Shown here one piece after another: positions 47,742 to 56,271 of a DNA stretch of 64,000 nt. Within the stretch, counting starts at the first letter, position 1. Each line of letters starts with the position of its first letter. Made by a program: the position numbers and the translations under genes. Below the pieces are notes generated by a model that had not been told where the DNA came from, made no database searches, and worked only from the letters and a program-made list of their open reading frames with translations. The DNA lies in NCBI RefSeq assembly GCF_013391385.1, contig NZ_JACBFI010000001.1, forward strand, positions 159,961-223,960, given 5' to 3'. The stretch is from Sediminibacterium sp. Gen4 (GTDB taxonomy: Bacteria; Bacteroidota; Bacteroidia; Chitinophagales; Chitinophagaceae).

Positions 47742-49031
47742 TTGCCTATATTTATTGCAAACAACCAACACTTGAATACAAAATCAGTTTTCAAAGGCTC
47801 GCCCATACAAATAGGTATCTATGCTGCAGTAGCCGCTTTTCTTACGTATACCATGATCTTCGGTTTCCGTAAATCATTCACTGTTTGCACTTTTGATGGA
47901 ATGACCGTTGGTTCTTTGAGTTATAAGACCGTATTGGTACTCAGTCAAATGATGGGTTATCTCATGGCCAAGTTTTATGGTATAAAATTCATCTCTGAAC
48001 TGAAACGCTTTGGCAGAAATAAAATCATTCTCTTGTTAGTAGGCATTGCATGGATGGCCTGGTTGTGTTTTGCTTTGATTCCCGCTCCTTATAATATCAT
48101 CTTTCTCTTCATCAACGGTTTTCCATTGGGCATGTTATGGGGTGTCGTCTTTTCATATGTAGAAGGCAGAAGAAGTACTGATTTTATTGGAGCTGCATTG
48201 GCGGTGAGTTTTATTTTCTCCTCCGGTTTTGTAAAGTCGGTGGGAGGATGGTTGATTCAATTAGGAGTTACTGAATTCTGGGTGCCGTTTTGCACAGGAT
48301 TGGTTTTTGCATTACCACTGTTATTATTTATTTATTTGATGGAACGCATTCCAGCGCCAGATGCTGAAGATGAAGCGGCACGAATGAATCGAACACCCAT
48401 GAGTGCTGAGCAACGTAAAGCTTTTGTTCGCTCTTTCTTACCGGGTATTATTGCTTGTATTTTTATTTATGGTTTTGCCACCATTTTCCGCGATATCAGA
48501 GATAATTTCAGTGCAGACATGTGGAAGGAAATGGGATACCTGAATCAGCCTGCTATTTTTTCCAAAACAGAAACGCCTATCACACTTGTGATACTCGCAC
48601 TCATCGGTAGTATGGTCATCATCAAAAACAGTTTCAAGGCATTGATGATCGCACATTTGTTTATTGCCATTGGATTTATCATTGCAGGTGTGAGTACTTA
48701 TTTGTTCACCCTTGGAATGGTAGCGCCTATTTGGTGGATGACATTGGTTGGACTCGGATTGTACATGGTATACATTCCTTTTAACTCTGTATTCTTTGAA
48801 AGAATGATTGCAGCTTTTCGCTTCACAGGCAATGTGGGATTTCTGATTTATCTCGCTGATTCATTCGGATACCTAGGTAGTGTGAGTGTCTTATTAAGCA
48901 AAGAAATCTTCAAAGTGCAACTAAATTGGGTTCAATTCTTTTCAAACAGTGTGATGATATTATCTGTAGTGGGTGTTGCAATTACGGTATATGCGGCTTG
49001 GTATTTTTATCAGAAGAAAAAGGCTGTTTGA
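47742..49031 (+). CDS. DUF5690-family MFS-like membrane protein
   Basis: About 12 TM segments with Y.F.FRK.F, GY..AKF.GIK.ISE, LEGRR-like YVEGRR.T and FRDIRDNF motifs. Exact start uncertain. Confidence 0.8.
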   Translation: MPIFIANNQHLNTKSVFKGSPIQIGIYAAVAAFLTYTMIFGFRKSFTVCTFDGMTVGSLSYKTVLVLSQMMGYLMAKFYGIKFISELKRFGRNKIILLLVGIAWMAWLCFALIPAPYNIIFLFINGFPLGMLWGVVFSYVEGRRSTDFIGAALAVSFIFSSGFVKSVGGWLIQLGVTEFWVPFCTGLVFALPLLLFIYLMERIPAPDAEDEAARMNRTPMSAEQRKAFVRSFLPGIIACIFIYGFATIFRDIRDNFSADMWKEMGYLNQPAIFSKTETPITLVILALIGSMVIIKNSFKALMIAHLFIAIGFIIAGVSTYLFTLGMVAPIWWMTLVGLGLYMVYIPFNSVFFERMIAAFRFTGNVGFLIYLADSFGYLGSVSVLLSKEIFKVQLNWVQFFSNSVMILSVVGVAITVYAAWYFYQKKKAV

Positions 49032-49045
49032 TTTTGCGGAGGATG

Positions 49046-49172
49046 GAACGCAGATTTTTTCCCAGGAATCCTTTGGATATGATGATCATGATTTGCGCAG
49101 ATGAGTTACAAAAAATCATGACGTATCATGACAATCATATCCAAAGGACTCTGGCGGAGAAAATCCGTGTTC
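49046..49172. repeat. ~125-bp nested palindrome (CGCAGAT/ATCATGA family)
   Basis: Perfect core arms tcctttggatatgat (49069-49083) and atcatatccaaagga (49134-49148). Outer arms gaacgcagatttt and aaaatccgtgttc. Confidence 0.8.
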
Positions 49173-49179
49173 AATTTCA

Positions 49180-49497
49180 TTAATGTTGCCAACAATAGTT
49201 TCTTCCAGATTGCGCATTTCTGCTACACCTAGTTCCTTTTTTTGTTTTTGCGATACATTGACCAGATGATTTTTCAATGACTGGTTTCTTTTCCGCGACA
49301 GGCTTTCTTTTAACAGTACATACACCACAGCTTCCTCCTGATGTACAATATTTACAGCTCGAACAACTACTACACGCTCTACAGGTAGCACTTCCGGTAC
49401 ATTTACCAGAAGCCGTCATGCAACATGAGTCTTTTTTAGCAAATACATTGAAGAGGAAAAACAAAAAGTAGATAAATATTAGTCCCCTCTTTTTCAT
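49180..49497 (-). CDS. Small secreted Cys-rich protein (13 Cys; C-terminal CCCH knuckle, DUF5763-like)
   Basis: Signal peptide, CC..C..C..CxxCxxCxxC..CxxC block, then QC.AKTKKGTRC......YCWQH. Confidence 0.75.
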   Translation of the reverse strand: MKKRGLIFIYFLFFLFNVFAKKDSCCMTASGKCTGSATCRACSSCSSCKYCTSGGSCGVCTVKRKPVAEKKPVIEKSSGQCIAKTKKGTRCSRNAQSGRNYCWQH

Positions 49498-49574
49498 ATA
49501 GAAAATTTTCTACATGAATATAGAAAATGCATTTCGCATGTGCAAGTTTTGATTCGAATAATACATGAATTGAA

Positions 49575-49656
49575 ATGGGACGCAGATTATTATGATTGAT
49601 TATGACCTAGGCAGATAAAATATCATCATAACCCATCATAATAATCTGCGTCCCAT
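49575..49656. repeat. Perfect 22-bp inverted repeat (CGCAGAT family)
   Basis: atgggacgcagattattatgat ... atcataataatctgcgtcccat. Confidence 0.85.
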
Positions 49657-49692
49657 CCTTCGCATAAAAATATTCATAACAAATAGTGAATC

Positions 49693-49727
49693 ACCATTTG
49701 CCATGAACCATCAGCCATACACTACTA
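49693..49727 (-). repeat. 7-bp array (CCATGGT family) containing the msrB stop
   Basis: accattt gccatga accatca gccatac actacta. Confidence 0.8.
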
Positions 49728-50306
49728 ACCCTTCTTCCCTTCCTCGTATTTCTTCTTCGCGGCTTCTGCTTTTTCAAAATCAAGGATCACGCCATTGATA
49801 CAATAACGCAAACCGGTTGGGGGCGGACCATCTTCAAATACATGTCCTAAATGACTTTTACATCTTCCGCATTGCACTTCTGTTCTTACCATACCATGTG
49901 TGTTATCTGGTAGGTAAATAATCGCACTCTTGCTAATCGGTTCATAAAAACTTGGCCATCCGCAGCCGCTATCAAATTTGGTATCGCTTTTAAACAATGC
50001 ATTACCACAAGCCGCACAATAGTATGTTCCTATTTCCTTGAAGTTCTCAAACTTGCTGGTCCACGGACGCTCAGTTCCTTTTTGTCGTGCTATATAATAT
50101 ACATCAGGCGAAAGAATTTTCTTCCACTCATCTTCTTTCAAATTCACTTTTGCCTTGTCGGTTCTCGAATACACCGGATTGTTCTTTTCTGTACTATCCA
50201 TTTTTACTTCTTTCTGTTTTGTTTGTTGTGAATAACAGCCCTGCACTATTAAAGTTGCGAGGAGCAACATCTTAAAACCCTTCATATGCCAATGCTTTTG
50301 ATACAT
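49725..50306 (-). CDS. msrB: Peptide-methionine (R)-S-oxide reductase with an export signal/lipobox
   Basis: [31 protein letters not shown] and RYCING motifs. Confidence 0.95.
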   Translation of the reverse strand: MYQKHWHMKGFKMLLLATLIVQGCYSQQTKQKEVKMDSTEKNNPVYSRTDKAKVNLKEDEWKKILSPDVYYIARQKGTERPWTSKFENFKEIGTYYCAACGNALFKSDTKFDSGCGWPSFYEPISKSAIIYLPDNTHGMVRTEVQCGRCKSHLGHVFEDGPPPTGLRYCINGVILDFEKAEAAKKKYEEGKKG

Positions 50307-50432
50307 TAAAATTACGTTTATCGTGGGTGAATAGTTTACTGTTAAACTGACGAACAGTCGTTTTTTCCCTTACAATTTGCAGTTATTCAAGGTTTTAATG
50401 TGTTGTTAAATGTTTTTTTAAACGATCAGGCT

Positions 50433-50440
50433 TATATTTG
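50433..50440 (+). promoter_or_regulatory. -7 box TATATTTG for adk
   Basis: Exact TAnnTTTG match 25 nt upstream of the ATG. Confidence 0.6.
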
Positions 50441-50465
50441 TTCTTCACGTAAGGTTAGTTAGTAC

Positions 50466-51044
50466 ATGTTTAATATTATTCTGTTTGGACCTCCGGGCAG
50501 TGGAAAAGGAACGCAAAGCGAAAAATTGATCGCTGCTTACGGACTGAAGCATTTATCTACCGGTGATTTATTAAGAAGTGAAATTGCAGCTCAAACCCCA
50601 TTGGGACTGGAAGCCAAGTCTATTATGGACAAAGGTCAGCTGGTGCCCGATGAAGTGGTGGTGGGTATGATCAGTTCTGCATTGGACCAAAATCCTCAGG
50701 CCAAAGGCTTTTTGTTTGATGGTTTCCCAAGAACCGAAGCCCAAAGCGTTGCGCTGGATAAGCTCCTAAAGCTGAAGAATACCGAGATTGGAGTGGTGCT
50801 GGCATTGGATGTAAGCGAGGAAGAACTGGTAAGCCGTTTATTGAATCGTGGTAAAACCAGTGGCAGAAGCGATGATACCAATGAGTCTGTGATCCGCGCC
50901 CGTATTGCGGAATACAAGGCCAAAACTACTGTGGTAGCTAATTATTACAGCACTTTTGACAAAGTAGTGCATATCAAAGGCGAAGGTTCTGTTGACGAAA
51001 TTTTTGAATCGTTACGCAGCGAGATCGACAAAAGAATGTCTTAA
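50466..51044 (+). CDS. adk: Adenylate kinase (short LID type)
   Basis: GPPGSGKGTQ, STGDLLR, GQLVPD, DGFPR and R.DD motifs. Confidence 0.96.
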   Translation: MFNIILFGPPGSGKGTQSEKLIAAYGLKHLSTGDLLRSEIAAQTPLGLEAKSIMDKGQLVPDEVVVGMISSALDQNPQAKGFLFDGFPRTEAQSVALDKLLKLKNTEIGVVLALDVSEEELVSRLLNRGKTSGRSDDTNESVIRARIAEYKAKTTVVANYYSTFDKVVHIKGEGSVDEIFESLRSEIDKRMS

Positions 51045-51085
51045 TCTAATTATATATAAGAGTTTAACAACCAATAACCAACTGC

Positions 51086-51115
51086 ACCCGCTCTGTTTTT
51101 TGAGCGGGTTTTTTT
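51086..51115 (+). terminator. Intrinsic terminator after adk
   Basis: acccgctc/gagcgggt stem followed by a T run. Confidence 0.8.
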
Positions 51116-51213
51116 ATGCCTGATGGCTGTCAAGATGCTGTTAAAGCTGAACGATCACTACAACCCCTTTCATTTTACACCCTTAGTTTTGCCCTCCCCC
51201 GTGTTGAAGTGGC

Positions 51214-51933
51214 ATGGAACAAATGTGTATGATCAGCAAAAAAATTCAACTCGTTCTATTCTGTCTGGTAATAGCTACCGGTTTTTCTTTCAAAGAGAAA
51301 TCAACAGCTATTACAAACAAGCATATATCAACTTCGTATGTTAATGCAGCCACTGCCATCTATGAAAACCTGGATCTCGCGTCACTCGGACTTTCCAAAA
51401 AAGCCTATGAATGGGCATTAGCGGGTTATGAACGTTTAAAGTCGGGCGGACAAATTATGCAAGAGCATATTTTATCCGTAGTTGATTTTAGTCTGCCTTC
51501 TAATCAGAAAAGATTATTTGTGATTGATGTATTGAAAGGCGAATTGCTCTTTCATACCTATGTATCACATGGAAAAAATTCCGGTAAGTTGATGGCCAAA
51601 AAATTCTCGAATAAAGCCAGCAGTTTTCAGAGCAGTATTGGTTTCTATACTACCGGAGAGCCTTATCAGGGAAAACATGGCTTATCACTTCGTTTGATCG
51701 GGAAAGAAAAGGGCATTAATGATAAAGCATTGCAAAGGGGTATTGTAATTCATGGGGCGGATTATGCAGAAGAAGGCATTGCAGCCAGACAAGGTTATTT
51801 GGGAAGAAGCCTGGGGTGTCCCGCAGTACCTCAATCTATTCATCGCGAATTGATCGCTACCATTCAAAATGGAAGTTGTTTTTTTATCTATGCACCGATA
51901 CTCGGCTACTCCAAACGGTCAAAATTCATTTAA
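51214..51933 (+). CDS. Murein L,D-transpeptidase catalytic domain (YkuD_2) protein
   Basis: VDFSLPS..KRL, VSHG.NSG, FSN...S..SS.GF and IVIHGA.Y...GRS.GCPA motifs. Confidence 0.88.
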   Translation: MEQMCMISKKIQLVLFCLVIATGFSFKEKSTAITNKHISTSYVNAATAIYENLDLASLGLSKKAYEWALAGYERLKSGGQIMQEHILSVVDFSLPSNQKRLFVIDVLKGELLFHTYVSHGKNSGKLMAKKFSNKASSFQSSIGFYTTGEPYQGKHGLSLRLIGKEKGINDKALQRGIVIHGADYAEEGIAARQGYLGRSLGCPAVPQSIHRELIATIQNGSCFFIYAPILGYSKRSKFI

Positions 51934-52004
51934 TCATTTGTTCCGACCGTACAACCTATTTTAACAGCTATTTGCCCTTATGAGCTGTCTATCTTTATTA
52001 TAAG

Positions 52005-52856
52005 GTGCAACACGTAGAATTTTTTCATACCGACCATTTCGAACAGAACTACAGACGACAGAGGGCGGCTTCGTCTATTTCGTATTTCATCGACTTTTTC
52101 TGGGAAACAGATTTTGATCACCTGTGGGACTTGTATCCCAAGGGTTTTTCAGATGCCCTATTCCCAAATACCGGCTACACCTATCTGATCAATTTGGGTA
52201 CTCCTTTTGTAATGCAGGTAGGAGAAAAGCGTTTTGACATGAAGACCGATGGTTTTCTTCCCAGACATCGCGCCATTGAATGCTTCCATCAAAAGGGAAA
52301 TAAACTCTTTGGTATCAAGTTCAAAATATCACCTGTGATTTTTGAGAAGAAAATCAACTTCTCAGAATACCGAGAATATATTTTCCCCTTAAGTTATTTG
52401 ATGGACTCTGGTATGTTGAGTAAAATAAAAATCTGTTCTTCATTTGATGAGCGGGTTTCTATTCTCACTGATTATTTTGAAAAGATCATTGATCAATATT
52501 CCGGCTCTTTAAAGCCTATTGAAATTGTTTCGAAAATATTGGCACATTGTGAAACCAAGAGAGATTTTATAACACCGGTTGAAGATTTTGCCAAACAATA
52601 CAATATCTCTTCCCGAACATTACAGCGCTACTTTGAAACAGCTACCAGCATCAGTACCAAAACAGCTATTCAAATCATGCGCATCAGAAAAGCCACTGAA
52701 CATCTGGCTATTGATCCGGACACGTTTAACAGTGCAGACTATGGCTACTATGATCACAGCCATTTCTACAAACACCTCAAAAGTTTCCTCCAAAAAAATA
52801 CACTTAAAAAATTACAGCCTCATTTGAAGTTGTTGGAGAAGTTGCATGGGAGATAG
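52005..52856 (+). CDS. AraC-type HTH regulator (DUF6597-like N-terminus)
   Basis: LSxYIxxFW-like N-terminus, ISSRTLQRYF, and C-terminal GYYDHSHF.K..K.F. Confidence 0.8.
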   Translation: MQHVEFFHTDHFEQNYRRQRAASSISYFIDFFWETDFDHLWDLYPKGFSDALFPNTGYTYLINLGTPFVMQVGEKRFDMKTDGFLPRHRAIECFHQKGNKLFGIKFKISPVIFEKKINFSEYREYIFPLSYLMDSGMLSKIKICSSFDERVSILTDYFEKIIDQYSGSLKPIEIVSKILAHCETKRDFITPVEDFAKQYNISSRTLQRYFETATSISTKTAIQIMRIRKATEHLAIDPDTFNSADYGYYDHSHFYKHLKSFLQKNTLKKLQPHLKLLEKLHGR

Positions 52857-52931
52857 TTAATAGCTAATGGTCCATAGTCCATAGCAGAACCCATATTCTT
52901 CTTGCTATGGACTATGGACTATCGACTATGT
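52851..52931. repeat. Inverted 7-bp arrays (CCATAGT family) between convergent genes
   Basis: agatagt taatagc taatggt ccatagt ccatagc ... gctatgg actatgg actatcg actatgt. Contains the AraC stop. Confidence 0.88.
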
Positions 52932-52939
52932 ACAAACCC

Positions 52940-55402
52940 CTAGTTCCCCGCCCTACTTCTTTCTTCTTCCGACGCCGTTGTTCTTCTGCGGGCGGCTTGT
53001 ACGGTGTTTTTACCGAAGCGATAAGTGAAAGTTAAGTTGGCTACTCGTGTTTCACGATACGCTCTCCATATTTCGATATAGTTATTATAAGTGATGGTTG
53101 CACGTGGTAGATTGGTCCAGAAAATATCTGTTACATTGAAACGGATAGTTCCTTTTTTATTCAAAATAGATTTCTGTACACCCAATGCCAAACCCCATTG
53201 CGGGCGCGCTACCATGAAACCGTATTGTCCACCGGAATTATAATTCACATTCAATTCACTGAGCCATCCGTTACCCATCGTGAAACTGTTATTGGTTCTG
53301 ACATCAAAAGCAGGTTTACCATTGTTCAATGTGGTACTGCCCAATTTTCCATTGAAGTGATTATAAAATACATTTCCATTATTCACCATATTCCACCAGC
53401 TATTGATACGGAAGGGTGCAGACACGGTTAGTCCATAATAATCCTGTGAACTCAGATTGATCGGTATCTGTACGGTAACATTATCATTGGATGGTAAATT
53501 CGGGAACACATCTTTAAATCGTGCAATGGCTATGTTTTGGTTTTGTTTGGTATGACTATAACCAAAAGTGAAATTGATACTCTTCATCGTATAACTCAAT
53601 TCATACGACCAAGTGAGTTGCGGTAGCAGTCCGGGTCTACCGGTAGAATAGGTTGTTACATCAATCAAAAACAAGAATGGATTGAGCTGTCCATAACCCG
53701 GACGATCAATTCTTCTGCTTACAGATACACCAAGTGTTTGGTCTTCCTTCAACTTATAATTGAAGAAGGCGCTGGGGAATAATTGAAAATATGAAGAATC
53801 AAATTTTTGATTGCCCTTGATCTGGTGTGTATTGATCTTGGTATGCTCTCCCCTTAAACCCAGTTGAATATTAAACTTTTTAAACTCCTTACTAAAGTTT
53901 ACATATGCGGCGTTATTGTACTCGTTGTACTTAAAGCGGTTGGTTTTATTCACATCATCTTGCGGAATGCCGGTACTCATATCAAAGAACTTCGCATCAT
54001 TATCTGCTGAGACATAACTGGTTTTTGCACCCACTTCAAATCTGCCTCCGTCTTTTAATGGATTGGCATAATCGATCTTAGCCGTACGCAAGATCAGTTT
54101 ACCTTCCTGATCACCATCTAAAATATAATCTGGTTGCAACGGCGTTCCATTGAGGTTATAATATTTGGTAGCCACTCTCGAAAGTGAGGAAGAATTGTAT
54201 TCACCGTAATCAATATCGGCTGTTAATTCTTTACCATTAGTATTGAATGCATGTTTGAAATTGATATTGGCAACAATATTCTGCGCATCATCATTATTAT
54301 TGGCGAGTGTAGCAAAAGTGGACGCTTTTTGTTTTTGAGCATCTATTACATCAGATGCATTGATTGTTTTTCTTGAAAAATTGTTGAAGTTCGCACTTAC
54401 TACTGCTCCAATGATCGTTTTCTTTGATGGAAACAGATCAATTCCAAAACGTGTATTGTGAAAATGAAAGGGTGCAGTAGTGTAATTATCTTTTAAGTCA
54501 CCTCCACTATAGACTTTATTATCATCGAAGAAATTTCTATCCAGAATTAAATGATTCAGGTTCTTACGATATCCATAGGTATAATTACCGAAGAGATTTA
54601 TTTTCTTATTCCGGTGATTGAACGTTAACCCTGCGTTTGATTTAGGGTATACCCCTTGTCCATAACCAAGTGTCATGGTACCATTGGTTCCTAAACGCTG
54701 GTCCTTTTTCATTCGAATATCAATGATACCCGAATTCCCGGCGGCATCATATTTGGCAGATGGATTGGTGATGATATCAATCCGCTCAATGGTATTAGCA
54801 GGTAAACCTCTGAGGTAGTTGGCTAAATCAGCACCCGACATGGGTGTTGGTTTACCATCGATCATAATGATCACGCCTTGTCTGCCTCTTAATCCAATTA
54901 CATCATTTTGATCTACCGTCACTCCAGGTGAACGTTCGAGTACTTCCAAAGCAGAACTTCCTGCACTCACAATGCTGCTTTCAACATTTACTACAATACG
55001 ATCGGTAAGTTTCTGAATAAAGGGTTTACGACTGGTAACGGTTACGTCGCTCATACTGTTGACTGCCGTTTGTAAAGTGATCGTACCAACATTTACTTCC
55101 TTTGCAGATTCATCAATAACAATAGATCCTGAATACAAAGTGGTATAACCTACCATAGAAATACGGATCCGATAATTACCCGTAGCTAAATTTTCGAAAA
55201 CGACGGCTCCTGTTTTATCGCTGATTGCCGCTTTTAACAATGAAGAGTCTTTAAAACGCAATAATTCAGCGGTTGCATTTTCTAAGAACTGTTGTTGCTC
55301 ATTGCGAATGCTGACATTTATTTTCCCGTTTTTTGATGACTGCGCAATAGATGTGATACTCAAAAAGACCAAGGCCATTAAAAACAGATACCCTTTTTTC
55401 AT
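52940..55402 (-). CDS. TonB-dependent receptor / outer-membrane beta-barrel family protein
   Basis: Carboxypeptidase-like N-domain, plug motifs LERSPGV and ITNPSAKYDAAG..GII.I, RRIDRP, and C-terminal LTFTYRFG. Start placed at MKKGYL. Confidence 0.9.
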   Translation of the reverse strand: MKKGYLFLMALVFLSITSIAQSSKNGKINVSIRNEQQQFLENATAELLRFKDSSLLKAAISDKTGAVVFENLATGNYRIRISMVGYTTLYSGSIVIDESAKEVNVGTITLQTAVNSMSDVTVTSRKPFIQKLTDRIVVNVESSIVSAGSSALEVLERSPGVTVDQNDVIGLRGRQGVIIMIDGKPTPMSGADLANYLRGLPANTIERIDIITNPSAKYDAAGNSGIIDIRMKKDQRLGTNGTMTLGYGQGVYPKSNAGLTFNHRNKKINLFGNYTYGYRKNLNHLILDRNFFDDNKVYSGGDLKDNYTTAPFHFHNTRFGIDLFPSKKTIIGAVVSANFNNFSRKTINASDVIDAQKQKASTFATLANNNDDAQNIVANINFKHAFNTNGKELTADIDYGEYNSSSLSRVATKYYNLNGTPLQPDYILDGDQEGKLILRTAKIDYANPLKDGGRFEVGAKTSYVSADNDAKFFDMSTGIPQDDVNKTNRFKYNEYNNAAYVNFSKEFKKFNIQLGLRGEHTKINTHQIKGNQKFDSSYFQLFPSAFFNYKLKEDQTLGVSVSRRIDRPGYGQLNPFLFLIDVTTYSTGRPGLLPQLTWSYELSYTMKSINFTFGYSHTKQNQNIAIARFKDVFPNLPSNDNVTVQIPINLSSQDYYGLTVSAPFRINSWWNMVNNGNVFYNHFNGKLGSTTLNNGKPAFDVRTNNSFTMGNGWLSELNVNYNSGGQYGFMVARPQWGLALGVQKSILNKKGTIRFNVTDIFWTNLPRATITYNNYIEIWRAYRETRVANLTFTYRFGKNTVQAARRRTTASEEERSRAGN

Positions 55403-55569
55403 CGTTTTCCTTTTAACAGTCAAATATGAAATTGTTCGTAGAAACGACCTTCGGTTTTCATTTGAACAGTCAAACAAGAACAATGAGTGGAACTTCGCTA
55501 GAAAAACATCGTCTGATTTTTACATTGATTCTTTGCGGTCTTTATTAAGCTGCGCTCATAATCCCTTTT

Positions 55570-55577
55570 TATATTTG
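55570..55577 (+). promoter_or_regulatory. -7 box TATATTTG, 4 nt before the hydrolase ATG
   Basis: Exact TAnnTTTG match. Confidence 0.6.
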
Positions 55578-55581
55578 TCAG

Positions 55582-56271
55582 ATGCAACCATTACTACTTT
55601 TACACGGTGCTATTGGATCAATGGATCAACTGATTCCGCTTAGAGATGAACTCAGTACAGAATTCGATGTGTATAGTTTCAACTTCCCCGGGCATGGTGG
55701 CACAGAACCTTTTGAATCCTTTTCAATGGATGCTTTTGCTAAAGCAACCGCTGATTTCATAAAAACACATCAACTCAAAAATCTACCGGTATTTGGTTAC
55801 AGTATGGGTGGTTATGTTGCGTTATACCTAGAGTCCATGTATCCAAGTACTTTTCAAAAAGTGATTACACTGGGAACCAAATATGAATGGAGCGAAGAGA
55901 TTGCCGCGAAAGAAATCAAAATGCTGCGACCAGATGTTATCGAACAAAAATTACCTGCATTTGCTCAGCAATTGGCCAATAGACATGGTGCTATGGAATG
56001 GAAAAATGTGCTAGATAAAACCGCTGCTATGCTATTAGGCTTGGGTAAACATCCATTACTTTCTTCTGCTGTTTTACAAAAGATTACCTGTCCAACACTT
56101 GTTTTATTAGGAGAAAAAGATAATATGGTTTCAACAGAAGAAACACAAAATGCTGCAGCGGCTTTGGTTAATGGACAGTATGAGCTTTTACCCAATACCG
56201 CACACCCCATAGAACAAATAAGTGTAAGCACATTGGCAGAAAAAATCAAAGATTTTTGCTTGCGTCATTGA
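55582..56271 (+). CDS. Alpha/beta hydrolase
   Basis: LLHGAIG, nucleophile elbow GYSMGG, G.KD and terminal HP. Confidence 0.9.
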   Translation: MQPLLLLHGAIGSMDQLIPLRDELSTEFDVYSFNFPGHGGTEPFESFSMDAFAKATADFIKTHQLKNLPVFGYSMGGYVALYLESMYPSTFQKVITLGTKYEWSEEIAAKEIKMLRPDVIEQKLPAFAQQLANRHGAMEWKNVLDKTAAMLLGLGKHPLLSSAVLQKITCPTLVLLGEKDNMVSTEETQNAAAALVNGQYELLPNTAHPIEQISVSTLAEKIKDFCLRH

